The translations under genes and the position numbers were made by a program. The notes under the pieces were generated by a model. It had not been told where the DNA came from, searched no databases, and was given only the letters and a program-made list of their open reading frames with translations. 63,143 nucleotides of DNA from a virus (lineage: Duplodnaviria; Heunggongvirae; Uroviricota; Caudoviricetes): IMG/VR virus record IMGVR_UViG_3300035515_000158; one strand, 5' to 3'. This document shows positions 40,302 to 50,159 of the stretch, in pieces; the first letter of the stretch is position 1, and every line of letters begins with the position of its first letter.

Positions 40302-40919
40302 TTACTCTGATTTATAAACATACAACAATGTGGGATTATTGTCATGAATGTCTATTGCTTCCTGATAATTGTCCCTGAATGTTTTTTTGTTAAAGGGTTT
40401 GGTGATGAGGTGATAACCATGAACAGTAGGAATCAAATCAACTACCTTTTCATAGTCCGGTTCACACTTTTCAATTACACTCTTGATTTTCTCGATTTCG
40501 TTTTCGTCTTTCGTGTCAATATCAACTAACCATGTTTTGTTTTTATCACAAGCACCTGTCTGACCACAAGCTGATTCAAAAATGGTCTTGATACCTTTAT
40601 ATTCTTCTAATGAAATCATATGTGCCAAGTTTTCCAATCCTTTCAAACCAACTTGCTTATAGGATTTCTTGTTCAAATTAATATAAGCTCGTGCATTGAA
40701 AATCTTACACAACTCAATTATCTCTTCCATTTTCTGGTCAAGATATTCAGGGGATGATACAAAATAGGATTTGATGGTTTTGTTGGAGAAATTAGTCTTA
40801 CCAGTATCAAACTTTGTCAATCCATCCTTTGAACGGTGAATAATCTGAACAAAGTAAAACTCATTAGTCGACGTAAAATTCATCAACTTCTTAATTTGTT
40901 CTACGTTATTAATTTCCAT
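40302..40919 (-). CDS. Conserved phage protein with AEP-like (primase-polymerase fold) motifs
   Basis: WLVDID and PTVHGYHLIT resemble AEP motifs I and II. Confidence 0.45.
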   Translation of the reverse strand: MEINNVEQIKKLMNFTSTNEFYFVQIIHRSKDGLTKFDTGKTNFSNKTIKSYFVSSPEYLDQKMEEIIELCKIFNARAYINLNKKSYKQVGLKGLENLAHMISLEEYKGIKTIFESACGQTGACDKNKTWLVDIDTKDENEIEKIKSVIEKCEPDYEKVVDLIPTVHGYHLITKPFNKKTFRDNYQEAIDIHDNNPTLLYVYKSE

Positions 40920-40921
40920 AA

Positions 40922-41347
40922 TTATAATTTTTTAACAATAAGATGGTCATTACTATATCTATTTAACTCTGTCACAATATCTTTATGTTTAACAAGTTGC
41001 AGACAAAACTGAGCATCACTTAACTCATCAAATACCTGAATTACTTTTTCATCAAGACTGGTTTTTAATGATGAACTGAACTCATCATTAAAATAGTAAT
41101 TATCAACGGAAATGAACTCAAATAGCATACCTTCCCTTCTGTCGAAAAATGGATAGTCATCTCTGTCTTTTTTATTCTTTTTCCAGTATTCAACAATATC
41201 CATACAAGGTTTCAGATACTTTTTGAATCGCGAACTTCTTGGATTAAATTGGATGATGTATAACCTCCGACAATTATACCTGATATACAGTATTCTATAT
41301 CTTTTGTCGGCATCCTTTCTTAACCGTTTCAGTAGTTTTGTCTTCAT
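40922..41347 (-). CDS. Hypothetical protein (MKTKLLKRLRK leader)
   Basis: 141 aa; N-terminus shared with 57173-57502. Confidence 0.6.
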   Translation of the reverse strand: MKTKLLKRLRKDADKRYRILYIRYNCRRLYIIQFNPRSSRFKKYLKPCMDIVEYWKKNKKDRDDYPFFDRREGMLFEFISVDNYYFNDEFSSSLKTSLDEKVIQVFDELSDAQFCLQLVKHKDIVTELNRYSNDHLIVKKL

Positions 41348-41353
41348 TCGTTT

Positions 41354-41770
41354 TTACCAAAGTTTACCATCAGAGATAAATTCAAGTCCCTGAATCTGTT
41401 CATACTTCTCAATTAAAGGTACAACTTTTTCAATCGCACCATATATGATTCTTTCATCTTCACCAAAACAAGTTGAATTTTTTGATAATGATTCAATCTT
41501 ATATCCTGTCTTAAACCAATCATCAAGGTCTTCAAACTCTTTTTTACATACATCAAAATCAGCAGGTGATGGGAATAATTTAATGGCTTTGTCAAGGACT
41601 TTTTTGTCTGTGGTAATTTCAAGGTCTGCCCTTATATATAAAAGTTCACCACAATCATAGTCATTATATCCATCACGAAACATCTCAATATTATCACCAC
41701 CAATGTCATATCTACCAATATGAAATGTGAATACTGGTCGTTCATCTGATAGTGTAAGCATGTACCTCAT
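41354..41770 (-). CDS. Hypothetical protein
   Basis: 138-aa ORF directly below the sigma-A promoter at 41802-41833. Confidence 0.65.
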   Translation of the reverse strand: MRYMLTLSDERPVFTFHIGRYDIGGDNIEMFRDGYNDYDCGELLYIRADLEITTDKKVLDKAIKLFPSPADFDVCKKEFEDLDDWFKTGYKIESLSKNSTCFGEDERIIYGAIEKVVPLIEKYEQIQGLEFISDGKLW

Positions 41771-41801
41771 ATCTATTATATTTTATTTTTTATTTACATC
41801 A

Positions 41802-41833
41802 CAAAGTTACAATAAATTTTTGAAACTACCAAA
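41802..41833 (-). promoter_or_regulatory. Bacteroidota sigma-A promoter
   Basis: TTTG-N20-TAACTTTG. Confidence 0.8.
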
Positions 41834-41839
41834 TTTTTT

Positions 41840-42403
41840 TCAATTATTTTGATTCATCGCTTCTAAAATTCCACAGATTAAATATACCATCTTGTTAAAT
41901 CCTTCTTCATCAGCATCAACCTCAATGTAATCAATCTTGTCATACTCAGATTCAATTCCTTCCAAATTCAAAATACCCAATATCTTTTTGTCAAGTTCAT
42001 GGGCTTCTTCCTCTGTTTGATTTCTACCATTGGGATTATATGCTTTCTTTCGGTTCAAAAAGAAATTTACATTGTTGGTATCATAACTCATAAATTCTTC
42101 AACAATCGCAGACTTTAAATATTTCTTGTCTGTATAAGCACACCCAATAAGAATAGGTGAATCATTTATAATTACATCAACTTCTCCAAAACAACGACTA
42201 ATCTTAAATGATTGTTTACCAGTGATATACAGTTGATTGTTGAATACCTTCTTATTTTGTTCCCACACTTTATCCTTAGCGAACTCTGATACATACTCAG
42301 CATCAACCCCCATCATTTTAAGACGTGAGAATAGATACGCCGCACAGGTCGATTTTCCTGTACCCGGTCCCCCAAATAAATTAATTATAACTGTGTTCTT
42401 CAT
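41840..42403 (-). CDS. P-loop NTPase, NadR/AAA_28 nucleotide-kinase-like
   Basis: INLFGGPGTGKST, EFAKD, DSP. Confidence 0.8.
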   Translation of the reverse strand: MKNTVIINLFGGPGTGKSTCAAYLFSRLKMMGVDAEYVSEFAKDKVWEQNKKVFNNQLYITGKQSFKISRCFGEVDVIINDSPILIGCAYTDKKYLKSAIVEEFMSYDTNNVNFFLNRKKAYNPNGRNQTEEEAHELDKKILGILNLEGIESEYDKIDYIEVDADEEGFNKMVYLICGILEAMNQNN

Positions 42404-42768
42404 ATTTTTGTAACAAGTGCTTTATATGTGGACATTCCATTAGCCCAACAAAATTTAAAATGGTCTATGTCATCCTTAATCTGTTTTTCAGTATATAGAA
42501 AATAATAAGGATCCTTTTCCTTTTCACTATCACTCATGTTCACACCAAGACGTTTATATACATCTTTCATCCATTCATCAAAACTTCTCCAACGGTCAAA
42601 GTTCTTAACAAATTCTTCATTACTAACTGTGATAAACTCATTTTCATACTCACCAAAACAAAGTTGATAGGTTATTTCATCTTCATCATGGTCAATTAAA
42701 ACAACCTTACAAACTAAAGCATATTGATTCTGAATCCAATAACTTCCGGTTTCAATATTCCAAACCAT
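42400..42768 (-). CDS. Hypothetical protein
   Basis: 122-aa ORF in operon. Confidence 0.6.
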   Translation of the reverse strand: MVWNIETGSYWIQNQYALVCKVVLIDHDEDEITYQLCFGEYENEFITVSNEEFVKNFDRWRSFDEWMKDVYKRLGVNMSDSEKEKDPYYFLYTEKQIKDDIDHFKFCWANGMSTYKALVTKI

Positions 42769-42780
42769 TTTATCTTTATA

Positions 42781-43185
42781 TTAAATTAAACTTCTATACA
42801 TATATTCCATAAAAAGTCCAAACCTACTTCTACGATGAAATTTCGTAATGAATTCTTCTTTAACTAATTCATTAATTTCATTCTCATCTCTGAATTGTTT
42901 CTCCGTCAAAACACCAGCTAAGTGAGGTTTCTTATTTGGTTTGACAGTATAATAATTAATCATACCATCTTCCGCATCTACTATCCAAAACTTAGTTAAC
43001 TCTTTACCATCATTACTGATAACTCCACCTTGTTTTAGATGTTTAACTATTTCATTTATAGTTCTAAAATGAAACTTCTCAAAATGTTCTCGACTAATCT
43101 CAGATTGTTTCTTTTTCTGAGCTTTGTCTTCATCATAAAATTTCTTGATGTTTTCCATCGTTTCTTCTGACATTCTAATTTCCAT
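42781..43185 (-). CDS. Hypothetical protein
   Basis: 134-aa ORF in operon. Confidence 0.6.
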   Translation of the reverse strand: MEIRMSEETMENIKKFYDEDKAQKKKQSEISREHFEKFHFRTINEIVKHLKQGGVISNDGKELTKFWIVDAEDGMINYYTVKPNKKPHLAGVLTEKQFRDENEINELVKEEFITKFHRRSRFGLFMEYMYRSLI

Positions 43186-43432
43186 GTCTAAATTTATCTA
43201 TGTATAACGGCTGATTAAGTTCCTTCTCAATCATCCATGTGGTTCCATCTTTCTCATTAGTTAACCTTTCAACAATGTCAACAATATCAGACAAACGGAG
43301 TCTACTGGTAACTGAACTAAAAGGATTAATGGAACAGAAAACCATGTCCCATTCTTCCTTCCACCCAAGAACTAATCCATATAGACCATCCTTAAATAGA
43401 ACAATATCAAACATCTCAGGTACTAAATCCAT
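43175..43432 (-). CDS. Hypothetical protein
   Basis: 85-aa ORF below TTTGTTATGTTTA motif. Confidence 0.6.
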   Translation of the reverse strand: MDLVPEMFDIVLFKDGLYGLVLGWKEEWDMVFCSINPFSSVTSRLRLSDIVDIVERLTNEKDGTTWMIEKELNQPLYIDKFRHGN

Positions 43433-43522
43433 AAAGAAATAATTTTATAATCTAAACATAACAAAATTGGCCAAGTCATATTTCAAACTTAGCCAATTTA
43501 AATATTAATACTTGTTAAATCT

Positions 43523-44122
43523 TTAAATACTACACACATATAATTCATCATCATTTGTATAAAAACTCATTGATGAATCTGAGCCCGGAGACCATGAACC
43601 AATTTTCAATGAATCATACATCTCATCAATACAGAAAAACATTTTGGTCATCTTATCTAAATCACCTTTATGTTTTTTAATGAAAGTCTTAACATAATTA
43701 AATATCTCCGTATTTAACTGGTCATAAGACTCTGAAATACTATGGTCATCAATACCATATACTGTTAGAACTTTGTAGTCAACATCACTATCTGGTAACT
43801 GACAATTATCATCAATCACATCATTTAGATAGTTCTTAAATAATCCAGTCTCAAAATCTATCTCAAGGGAATAAGAGTAAACTTCATTTTTTAAGGGGTG
43901 TTCGGTGATATAATCTATTATTAGTTGAACAATAGAATGGTGTAAAATTACCCATTCTGAATTCTTTACTTTACTCTTGTTTTCAGTGATGGGCATATCA
44001 TTAATAAAATCATCTTTTCGATTATCTCTCCACCACTTCCTCCCACAAGTTAACTCACTCTGAGACGTTCGTCGCCAACTTTCCTCATGGAAAATGTCGT
44101 AATAATCATCATATGTTTTCAT
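43523..44122 (-). CDS. Hypothetical acidic protein
   Basis: 199-aa ORF. Confidence 0.65.
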   Translation of the reverse strand: MKTYDDYYDIFHEESWRRTSQSELTCGRKWWRDNRKDDFINDMPITENKSKVKNSEWVILHHSIVQLIIDYITEHPLKNEVYSYSLEIDFETGLFKNYLNDVIDDNCQLPDSDVDYKVLTVYGIDDHSISESYDQLNTEIFNYVKTFIKKHKGDLDKMTKMFFCIDEMYDSLKIGSWSPGSDSSMSFYTNDDELYVCSI

Positions 44123-44165
44123 TATATATATTTAAAAGTGTATATCACTACGGGCATTGTCCTGA

Positions 44166-44756
44166 TCAGTAATCATCCGAATCGTCTATTTCATCCAGAT
44201 TGATTTCGTAGTTGTCTTCAAATTCTTCGAGTCGTTTCTTTAATTCATCACTAAATCTACCCTCTCCAAAACTACTCTGGTCGTGACAATGGTCATATAC
44301 ATCAAGGTATATTCTTGCTTTCTCTAACATATACAACGTTTCTTTTAATTTGTCCTTTTCTTCCTGACTATATCTAACATACCAATTTCCATCAGCATAT
44401 ACCATACAATCACTTTCTCTAATCTCATAGTGCATTGGTATAACCTCACCATCAGATGTTGTATATGTTTCATCTCCATGATTTTTATCAACCCACATAT
44501 TGTCACCAGTCCGTTCTAACCACTCAAGACTATTTAACAAATCCTCAGCTTCCTTTCTGGTTTCAAGTTCCTTCAAATCACAAAGATTATATATGTAGTG
44601 AGAAAATTGATAACAATTCTCACCAGTCTTAAACACGATATTAATAAAGTGTTTTTTTACCATATCAGGTATAGTCTGCTCACTTTTCTTAATATCTCTC
44701 TTTAAGGTTTCGATTATTTCATCAAACCTCCATTCAGGTAAATCAAAATATCTCAT
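44166..44756 (-). CDS. Hypothetical protein
   Basis: Start MRYFD gives ATGA overlap with upstream gene. Confidence 0.65.
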   Translation of the reverse strand: MRYFDLPEWRFDEIIETLKRDIKKSEQTIPDMVKKHFINIVFKTGENCYQFSHYIYNLCDLKELETRKEAEDLLNSLEWLERTGDNMWVDKNHGDETYTTSDGEVIPMHYEIRESDCMVYADGNWYVRYSQEEKDKLKETLYMLEKARIYLDVYDHCHDQSSFGEGRFSDELKKRLEEFEDNYEINLDEIDDSDDY

Positions 44757-45169
44757 TTTCTCTTTTCTTTTGTCCAAATTTCACCATCAAAACAAAATAA
44801 AAAATTACTCAGTTCATCATCTTGAACTCTAAGTAAACAACACTCTTTCCCATTAGAAAGTTTATGGTTGAAACAACATTTTTGACAATAATCATAAGGA
44901 TCACCTTTCAATTCACCATCAATGTTAGGATCATATCTTCTAACTCGATATACATGATCCATACAATCCACCATTTCAGTCGTACGATAATGTCCGCTGA
45001 TTGAAGGAATATTATCTCTCAAACAATTAATCTCTACTACTTTCCCATCTTCATCTCGCTTAGTCACTCCATCAAAAAATGAACATCCTTCACAATGACT
45101 CGGCTCAACACCATTTACGGGATAGTATTTACAACTAACATAACTCTTATAAAATACTTCTTTCTTCAT
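44753..45169 (-). CDS. Hypothetical Cys-rich protein
   Basis: CEGCSFF and CQKCCF motifs. Confidence 0.6.
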   Translation of the reverse strand: MKKEVFYKSYVSCKYYPVNGVEPSHCEGCSFFDGVTKRDEDGKVVEINCLRDNIPSISGHYRTTEMVDCMDHVYRVRRYDPNIDGELKGDPYDYCQKCCFNHKLSNGKECCLLRVQDDELSNFLFCFDGEIWTKEKRK

Positions 45170-45171
45170 AA

Positions 45172-45525
45172 TCAAAACCGTTCAAATTTACCACATTTCT
45201 CACATCTATAATAATCATGATGACTGTCACTAAATCTATGTGTAAACTTATGCTCACATTCACCTTGTAAGACTTCTATCTTATCTCCAATCTCTTTTAT
45301 CTCCTTGTCTATATGGTGTAATGTGTAAGCGATATCATTTCGTTGTAGTCTAACTTTATAACTCTCTCCTAACTCATACTCATTAAATAATTCAAGAGCA
45401 ATGTCAAACCTCTTTACTATATCTCTCAATCGTTCAGCTTCCTTTTGTTGTTTTCTCAATCTTTCAACAAGTCCTTTCACTGGCTCCTCTACCATGTCAA
45501 CTTCTAAATCAAAAAACCTATTCAT
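45172..45525 (-). CDS. Hypothetical coiled-coil protein with C-terminal Zn-ribbon
   Basis: CEHKF...RCEKCG. Confidence 0.6.
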   Translation of the reverse strand: MNRFFDLEVDMVEEPVKGLVERLRKQQKEAERLRDIVKRFDIALELFNEYELGESYKVRLQRNDIAYTLHHIDKEIKEIGDKIEVLQGECEHKFTHRFSDSHHDYYRCEKCGKFERF

Positions 45526-45985
45526 TAACGATTTCAAAATTATAATTATTCCAGACTATCTTCCCATCAAATAATAACTTGGACATATAACCCGGATTAT
45601 TCTTAATATTCTCTTTTATCTCATCTTTCAAAATATCATAAGGTGGTTCAGCCAACGGAATTTTTATTATTGTTATCCTGTCTTTTATCACCTTAATGAC
45701 AGCTCGCTTAAATCCATAACCATCATCATTTATCAGGTTATCTAAATCTTCAAATATGGGGATAACACCAAATTCATATAAGTGCTCCATCGTGTATTGC
45801 TCATAATTAATCAGAAATTGGTCATACGTTTCTACATATTTCCTGAACTCCAATTCTTCATCACATACACCTTCTCCCCATCCACAACATTTCTCTATGA
45901 TTTCACTTGGTGTCAATTTAAGTAATCCCTTCGACTCTAATATTAACATTTCGAGTAACACATTCCTTTCTACTTTTCCCATCAC
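45518..45985 (-). CDS. Hypothetical protein
   Basis: 155-aa ORF. Confidence 0.6.
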   Translation of the reverse strand: MMGKVERNVLLEMLILESKGLLKLTPSEIIEKCCGWGEGVCDEELEFRKYVETYDQFLINYEQYTMEHLYEFGVIPIFEDLDNLINDDGYGFKRAVIKVIKDRITIIKIPLAEPPYDILKDEIKENIKNNPGYMSKLLFDGKIVWNNYNFEIVNE

Positions 45986-46075
45986 ATTTTAATAATAACA
46001 AAAATGTGGAGTTAAAATATAGTATCTCCCCCATATTCCAATTCCACATATTATTTTTTTTTCCTTATACTTTAT

Positions 46076-46591
46076 TTATGATTCTACATTTTCGGTTGTT
46101 TCAGTTTTGTTACCACTCTCATCTTTGAATAACTGGTCAAACTTATCCTTGTTCTTAGCCATATATTCTTGCATAGACTTCAACTGCTCATTCGACATAA
46201 CTGAACTAACTACCGCATATGAACCATTATTCAAAGTGAAATCAGACCTCTGCAATAAACTACTGTATCTCAAGGAAGCACACAATACTCCAAATTCAAG
46301 TTCATCTGTCTTCCACTTATTCACAGTTTCATAGACAACCTTCATTCGCTGAGTTCGTTCCTCCTGTGTTTCCAAAGGTGCCTCTTTCTTACACTTACAC
46401 CCTTCTCCACATTGTCCACTACACTCTCCCTTTTCTTCACATTCACATTTCTCTGTTTTCTCAGCTTCATTCAAAGACTCTACTTCACCAGTGTCACCAT
46501 TAGTCACTGCATCTCCACCACAATTTTGGTCTTGTGATAAACTCTCTAAATCAACTTCATTTTCTTTATCAGCTTTCTTCTTTCGTGCCAT
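46076..46591 (-). CDS. Hypothetical protein with Cys-rich patch
   Basis: CECEEKGECSGQCGEGCKC. Confidence 0.65.
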   Translation of the reverse strand: MARKKKADKENEVDLESLSQDQNCGGDAVTNGDTGEVESLNEAEKTEKCECEEKGECSGQCGEGCKCKKEAPLETQEERTQRMKVVYETVNKWKTDELEFGVLCASLRYSSLLQRSDFTLNNGSYAVVSSVMSNEQLKSMQEYMAKNKDKFDQLFKDESGNKTETTENVES

Positions 46592-46604
46592 ATATATCTA
46601 TTTT

Positions 46605-46925
46605 TTAATCTTTATTTTCTCCATTTAATATCGTCGATTTGTAATTCTTAACCCTGTAATAATCAAACAAACCAACCATAGTTCCTGAATATTGTTCCAT
46701 CAACTTCTTCACATTCCCAGCTCGTGCAGTTAATACTTCATGGGGATGTTCTTCATCAATCTCCAATATTACATAACCATTTCCATAGTCCTCACCTTTC
46801 TGCTCAAACTCATTATTTATCCGCTTCTTCTCATCTTGTAAGAACTCTATAATATACTCAAGTATCTCAACAAAAGTATATTTCTCTAATACTAAATCTA
46901 ACTTAATTTTGTCTATATCTTCCAT
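46605..46925 (-). CDS. Hypothetical protein
   Basis: About 106 aa. Confidence 0.6.
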   Translation of the reverse strand: MEDIDKIKLDLVLEKYTFVEILEYIIEFLQDEKKRINNEFEQKGEDYGNGYVILEIDEEHPHEVLTARAGNVKKLMEQYSGTMVGLFDYYRVKNYKSTILNGENKD

Positions 46926-47154
46926 CAAAATAAAACATTATCATAAACATTAATATCATCCACCAGAAAAAGAAACAAACACAAAAATCACCACATAAAT
47001 CTTGTAACCAATCTACATAACGACCAGCATCTACCTCATCTCCATACCTATATCTCTCAGCAAAGTCCATGAAAAACTTAACATGCTTCTCATACCTCCC
47101 CCTCAAAAATACTCCAATTACACCAAGCAAATATATAATAACAAAATATATCAT
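46903..47154 (-). CDS. Small membrane protein (two hydrophobic segments)
   Basis: MIYFVIIYLLGVIGVFL and FCVCFFFWWMILMFMIMFYF; ATGA overlap at 47151-47154. Confidence 0.55.
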   Translation of the reverse strand: MIYFVIIYLLGVIGVFLRGRYEKHVKFFMDFAERYRYGDEVDAGRYVDWLQDLCGDFCVCFFFWWMILMFMIMFYFDGRYRQN

Positions 47155-47282
47155 ACCGCTACCATTAATAAACAAATGAACATGATTACTAAAAATAAAG
47201 TAAATACATAATCAAATCCTAAAGAAATATACCATCCAAGAAATTTCCAGTATAGTGATTTTATCTTATCTATTATCTTCAT
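47151..47282 (-). CDS. Small membrane peptide (43 aa)
   Basis: Read by hand: MKIIDKIKSLYWKFLGWYISLGFDYVFTLFLVIMFICLLMVAV; promoter-like motif at 47302. Confidence 0.5.
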   Translation of the reverse strand: MKIIDKIKSLYWKFLGWYISLGFDYVFTLFLVIMFICLLMVAV

Positions 47283-47317
47283 ATCTTTTTTAACTTTACT
47301 CTAAATATAACAAATAA

Positions 47318-48049
47318 TTAACTCTTAACCACCGTTTCACATATTTCTTTCTGTATCTCTTCTTCTTCCTTTATATATGTGAAATACTTACCTGTCTGAA
47401 TATAAATGTATATCTTCCCATTTACATACCTATCTATTCCCATCACATATACATCATTCTTAGCCATCAATAACGGTATCACATTATGAACAATACACAA
47501 AAAATATACCCCATACTGCTCATGCAACTTGTTCATCATATTCACTACCCCAACAGTCCATTCTAACGATAATCCCTTGTCTATCTCATCAAAGATAATC
47601 AAAGTCTTGTCATTAAATTTGTCCCTGTTGTCCACTAACCATTTCCCTATCAAATTTAACTCACTCTCCCCATTACTCTTGTGCCGATTCATATATCCAC
47701 CATACTCTACATAACTCTCAGCACTCGCACAATTATTCAAACTCTTAGTGTCATCAAATTCACTCGATAAGAAATATATCTTCTCAAAATCCGTCTCTAC
47801 TTCCGACCTCCCCTCAAAATCATCAGAAAACAAATCTCCATAACCTAACTTCGCTCCCCAACCACTCCTGTCCTCTCCTTCATTATCACACTGACGAACT
47901 CGAACACAATTTATCAACGTACTCTTTCCACACCCATTCTTTCCAGTAATATATATGAAAGGCTCACTCTTCCCTTCAAAATCAAACTCATACTCAGTTC
48001 CACCTTTCAATACTCGCAAATCTTCCTTTATCTTTATCTTTATCTTCAT
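47318..48049 (-). CDS. ABC-type ATPase (stand-alone)
   Basis: GKNGCGKST, signature-like SNGE, LIIFDEIDKGL, H-loop VHN. Confidence 0.75.
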   Translation of the reverse strand: MKIKIKIKEDLRVLKGGTEYEFDFEGKSEPFIYITGKNGCGKSTLINCVRVRQCDNEGEDRSGWGAKLGYGDLFSDDFEGRSEVETDFEKIYFLSSEFDDTKSLNNCASAESYVEYGGYMNRHKSNGESELNLIGKWLVDNRDKFNDKTLIIFDEIDKGLSLEWTVGVVNMMNKLHEQYGVYFLCIVHNVIPLLMAKNDVYVMGIDRYVNGKIYIYIQTGKYFTYIKEEEEIQKEICETVVKS

Positions 48050-48792
48050 CTCTTTTTCCTTTTTTTATTATTCGTTACATCTTCTATGAATACCTCAAAC
48101 CAATCCTTACTGATATTACTTAAAGGATATCCTCCAATCCTTCCTCTCGGCTTGTATTCTACCCCAGCCTCTCGATACCACTTGTAATTTATTGATATGT
48201 GACTGTCATACTTTACCCGGTCACAATATTTCTTCAATAACTTCTTATAAGTACGTATATCTACTAATATCCATCCTCCACTCTCAGCCAATATCTCACT
48301 CCGCTTCGCTACTTCAACAAAATGACACCATATATTTCCACTATACTTAAATGTCCTCGGCTCATTCTCTATTACCCAACTACTCTCAACATACGACTTC
48401 CCCATCTCCCATCCTAATGTTTGTGTATCTTCATCTAAACAAAACCTACTAACATCATATGGATCTATCCCCTTAAATAACTTCTTATACTTTCCTCGCC
48501 ATTCCTTGTGATACTGATTCTTCTCATCAAACCACTCATAAAATAAATCAACTTGTCGTATCTTTAACTTCTTCCCATTCTCATCTTTCAGAAACTTCCG
48601 TCGACCATTCACAATATTTCCACTCCCAACTCCACCTAATAAAAAACTCTCTACAAAACCATGAGGAAAAGCATAAATACCCCACTCAACAGGGGCACTA
48701 TGAAATCCTGTACCATACTCCTTATGATACTGCGGAATCAAATTTCCCCACCTCTTAAATTCCACCTCTAATTTTTTCACAACTTTCTTCAT
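48046..48792 (-). CDS. Hypothetical protein
   Basis: 248-aa ORF. Confidence 0.6.
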   Translation of the reverse strand: MKKVVKKLEVEFKRWGNLIPQYHKEYGTGFHSAPVEWGIYAFPHGFVESFLLGGVGSGNIVNGRRKFLKDENGKKLKIRQVDLFYEWFDEKNQYHKEWRGKYKKLFKGIDPYDVSRFCLDEDTQTLGWEMGKSYVESSWVIENEPRTFKYSGNIWCHFVEVAKRSEILAESGGWILVDIRTYKKLLKKYCDRVKYDSHISINYKWYREAGVEYKPRGRIGGYPLSNISKDWFEVFIEDVTNNKKRKKR

Positions 48793-49411
48793 CTACTCTT
48801 GCGTTCTTTACTTGGCCTATTTCATCCCATTTCTTTACTATAATACAATCACTACATATTCCCTTTAAGTATAAGTCATCATCAGTCATCATTTCTATTG
48901 CGACAACCTCTCCATTTAACCCTATATCTACTCTATGTAATTTATTGACATTATATTCAAATACCAAATCTCCAACCTCTATCAATTCTCCTTTCCTATC
49001 TCTACATCCAGTGTCTCCACCTAAATGCCCTCCTATTATACTTCGCCAATCACTATTCATGTGTTCCCTATACTCAGCTAAATCAGGACATTCAGTATAT
49101 TCCCTATCTCGTTGCCCATATCCCCAATCATAAAAATTACCCCCATAATAACTGTATAAAACAATTACAGTATAGGGTGCATTCTTACAGTAATATTCAT
49201 ACCCTGACATATTACCATAACTATCTTCATAACTCTCATTATCTTTATTATATTTGACATCTGTTTCTTCTTTCCAATTCATATCTAATATCCTAAGAAA
49301 ATGCTTGTCAAATTCTAAAAAATCAAAACAACGAGGATCTAATTCACTCAAAACATCCCTTACTTCCTTCAAGATGTTTTCCTTCCTTAAATCAAAATAA
49401 AATCTATTCAT
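48755..49411 (-). CDS. Hypothetical protein, C-terminus YopX-like
   Basis: TGCRDRKGELIEVGDLV resembles the YopX motif. Confidence 0.5.
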   Translation of the reverse strand: MNRFYFDLRKENILKEVRDVLSELDPRCFDFLEFDKHFLRILDMNWKEETDVKYNKDNESYEDSYGNMSGYEYYCKNAPYTVIVLYSYYGGNFYDWGYGQRDREYTECPDLAEYREHMNSDWRSIIGGHLGGDTGCRDRKGELIEVGDLVFEYNVNKLHRVDIGLNGEVVAIEMMTDDDLYLKGICSDCIIVKKWDEIGQVKNARVDEESCEKIRGGI

Positions 49412-49429
49412 ACTTAAAACATAACAAAA

Positions 49430-50150
49430 ACGGACATCCCCTCACTTTTTTCAACCCATTTTTTTATTCCCACATTATTTTTTAACATTTCTGTAATATT
49501 AATGTAAAATTATGTCTTTTTTATCTATATATTTTATTATTGAATTTTTTTGTAATCTATTTATACTGAGCTAATTAAATTCAAAAATATATACCCAATT
49601 TTTTAACTCAATTTTGTCAGATTTGTTTCAATTTATTTTTAATTTATTTTAATTTGTTTCAATTTATTTTTAATTTACTGAGCCAAGATCTAGCCTTCTT
49701 TGATTGATTCTGAATACCCCCTAAAAAACCCTAATTTTAGCTAATTTTACCCCCTTCCCAAAATAGGCCAAAAATACCCCAAAATTAGCGTTTTTTACAT
49801 ATCCTAAAAATACCCCAAAATTAGCTTATTTTACCCCCTCAGAAATTAGCTCATTTTACCCCTTTGAAAAACCACCCCTCCAACTCAGGACAGACCGGAA
49901 ATGTAGTTTTCACAGATTTCCACAGATTTCCAAGAATTCCAAAAAAGTGTAAAATATGGTAAAAAAGGGGAATAAAATAAGCTAAGTAAAAAAGAGGTAA
50001 AAAGTGTAAAAATAGGTAAAAAGTAAGAAAGGGGAAAAACATGGAAAATAGTGAAAAAATGTGTCTTAAAATTAGCTAAGTAAAAAAGAGGTAAAAATGG
50101 GAAAAATCGTAAAATCGTTCGTATAGTAAAATAGGTAAATGTGAGGAAAT
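49430..50150. other. Putative replication-origin core: AT-rich tract plus direct and inverted short repeats at a GC-skew switch
   Basis: 26-bp AT repeat x2 (49621, 49652); 20-bp repeat x2 (49770, 49806); TTTTACC x3 left versus GGTAAAA x4 right; CACAGATTTC x2 (49911-49930); 24-bp repeat x2 (49980, 50074). Confidence 0.5.
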
Positions 50151-50159
50151 AGGGTTAAT

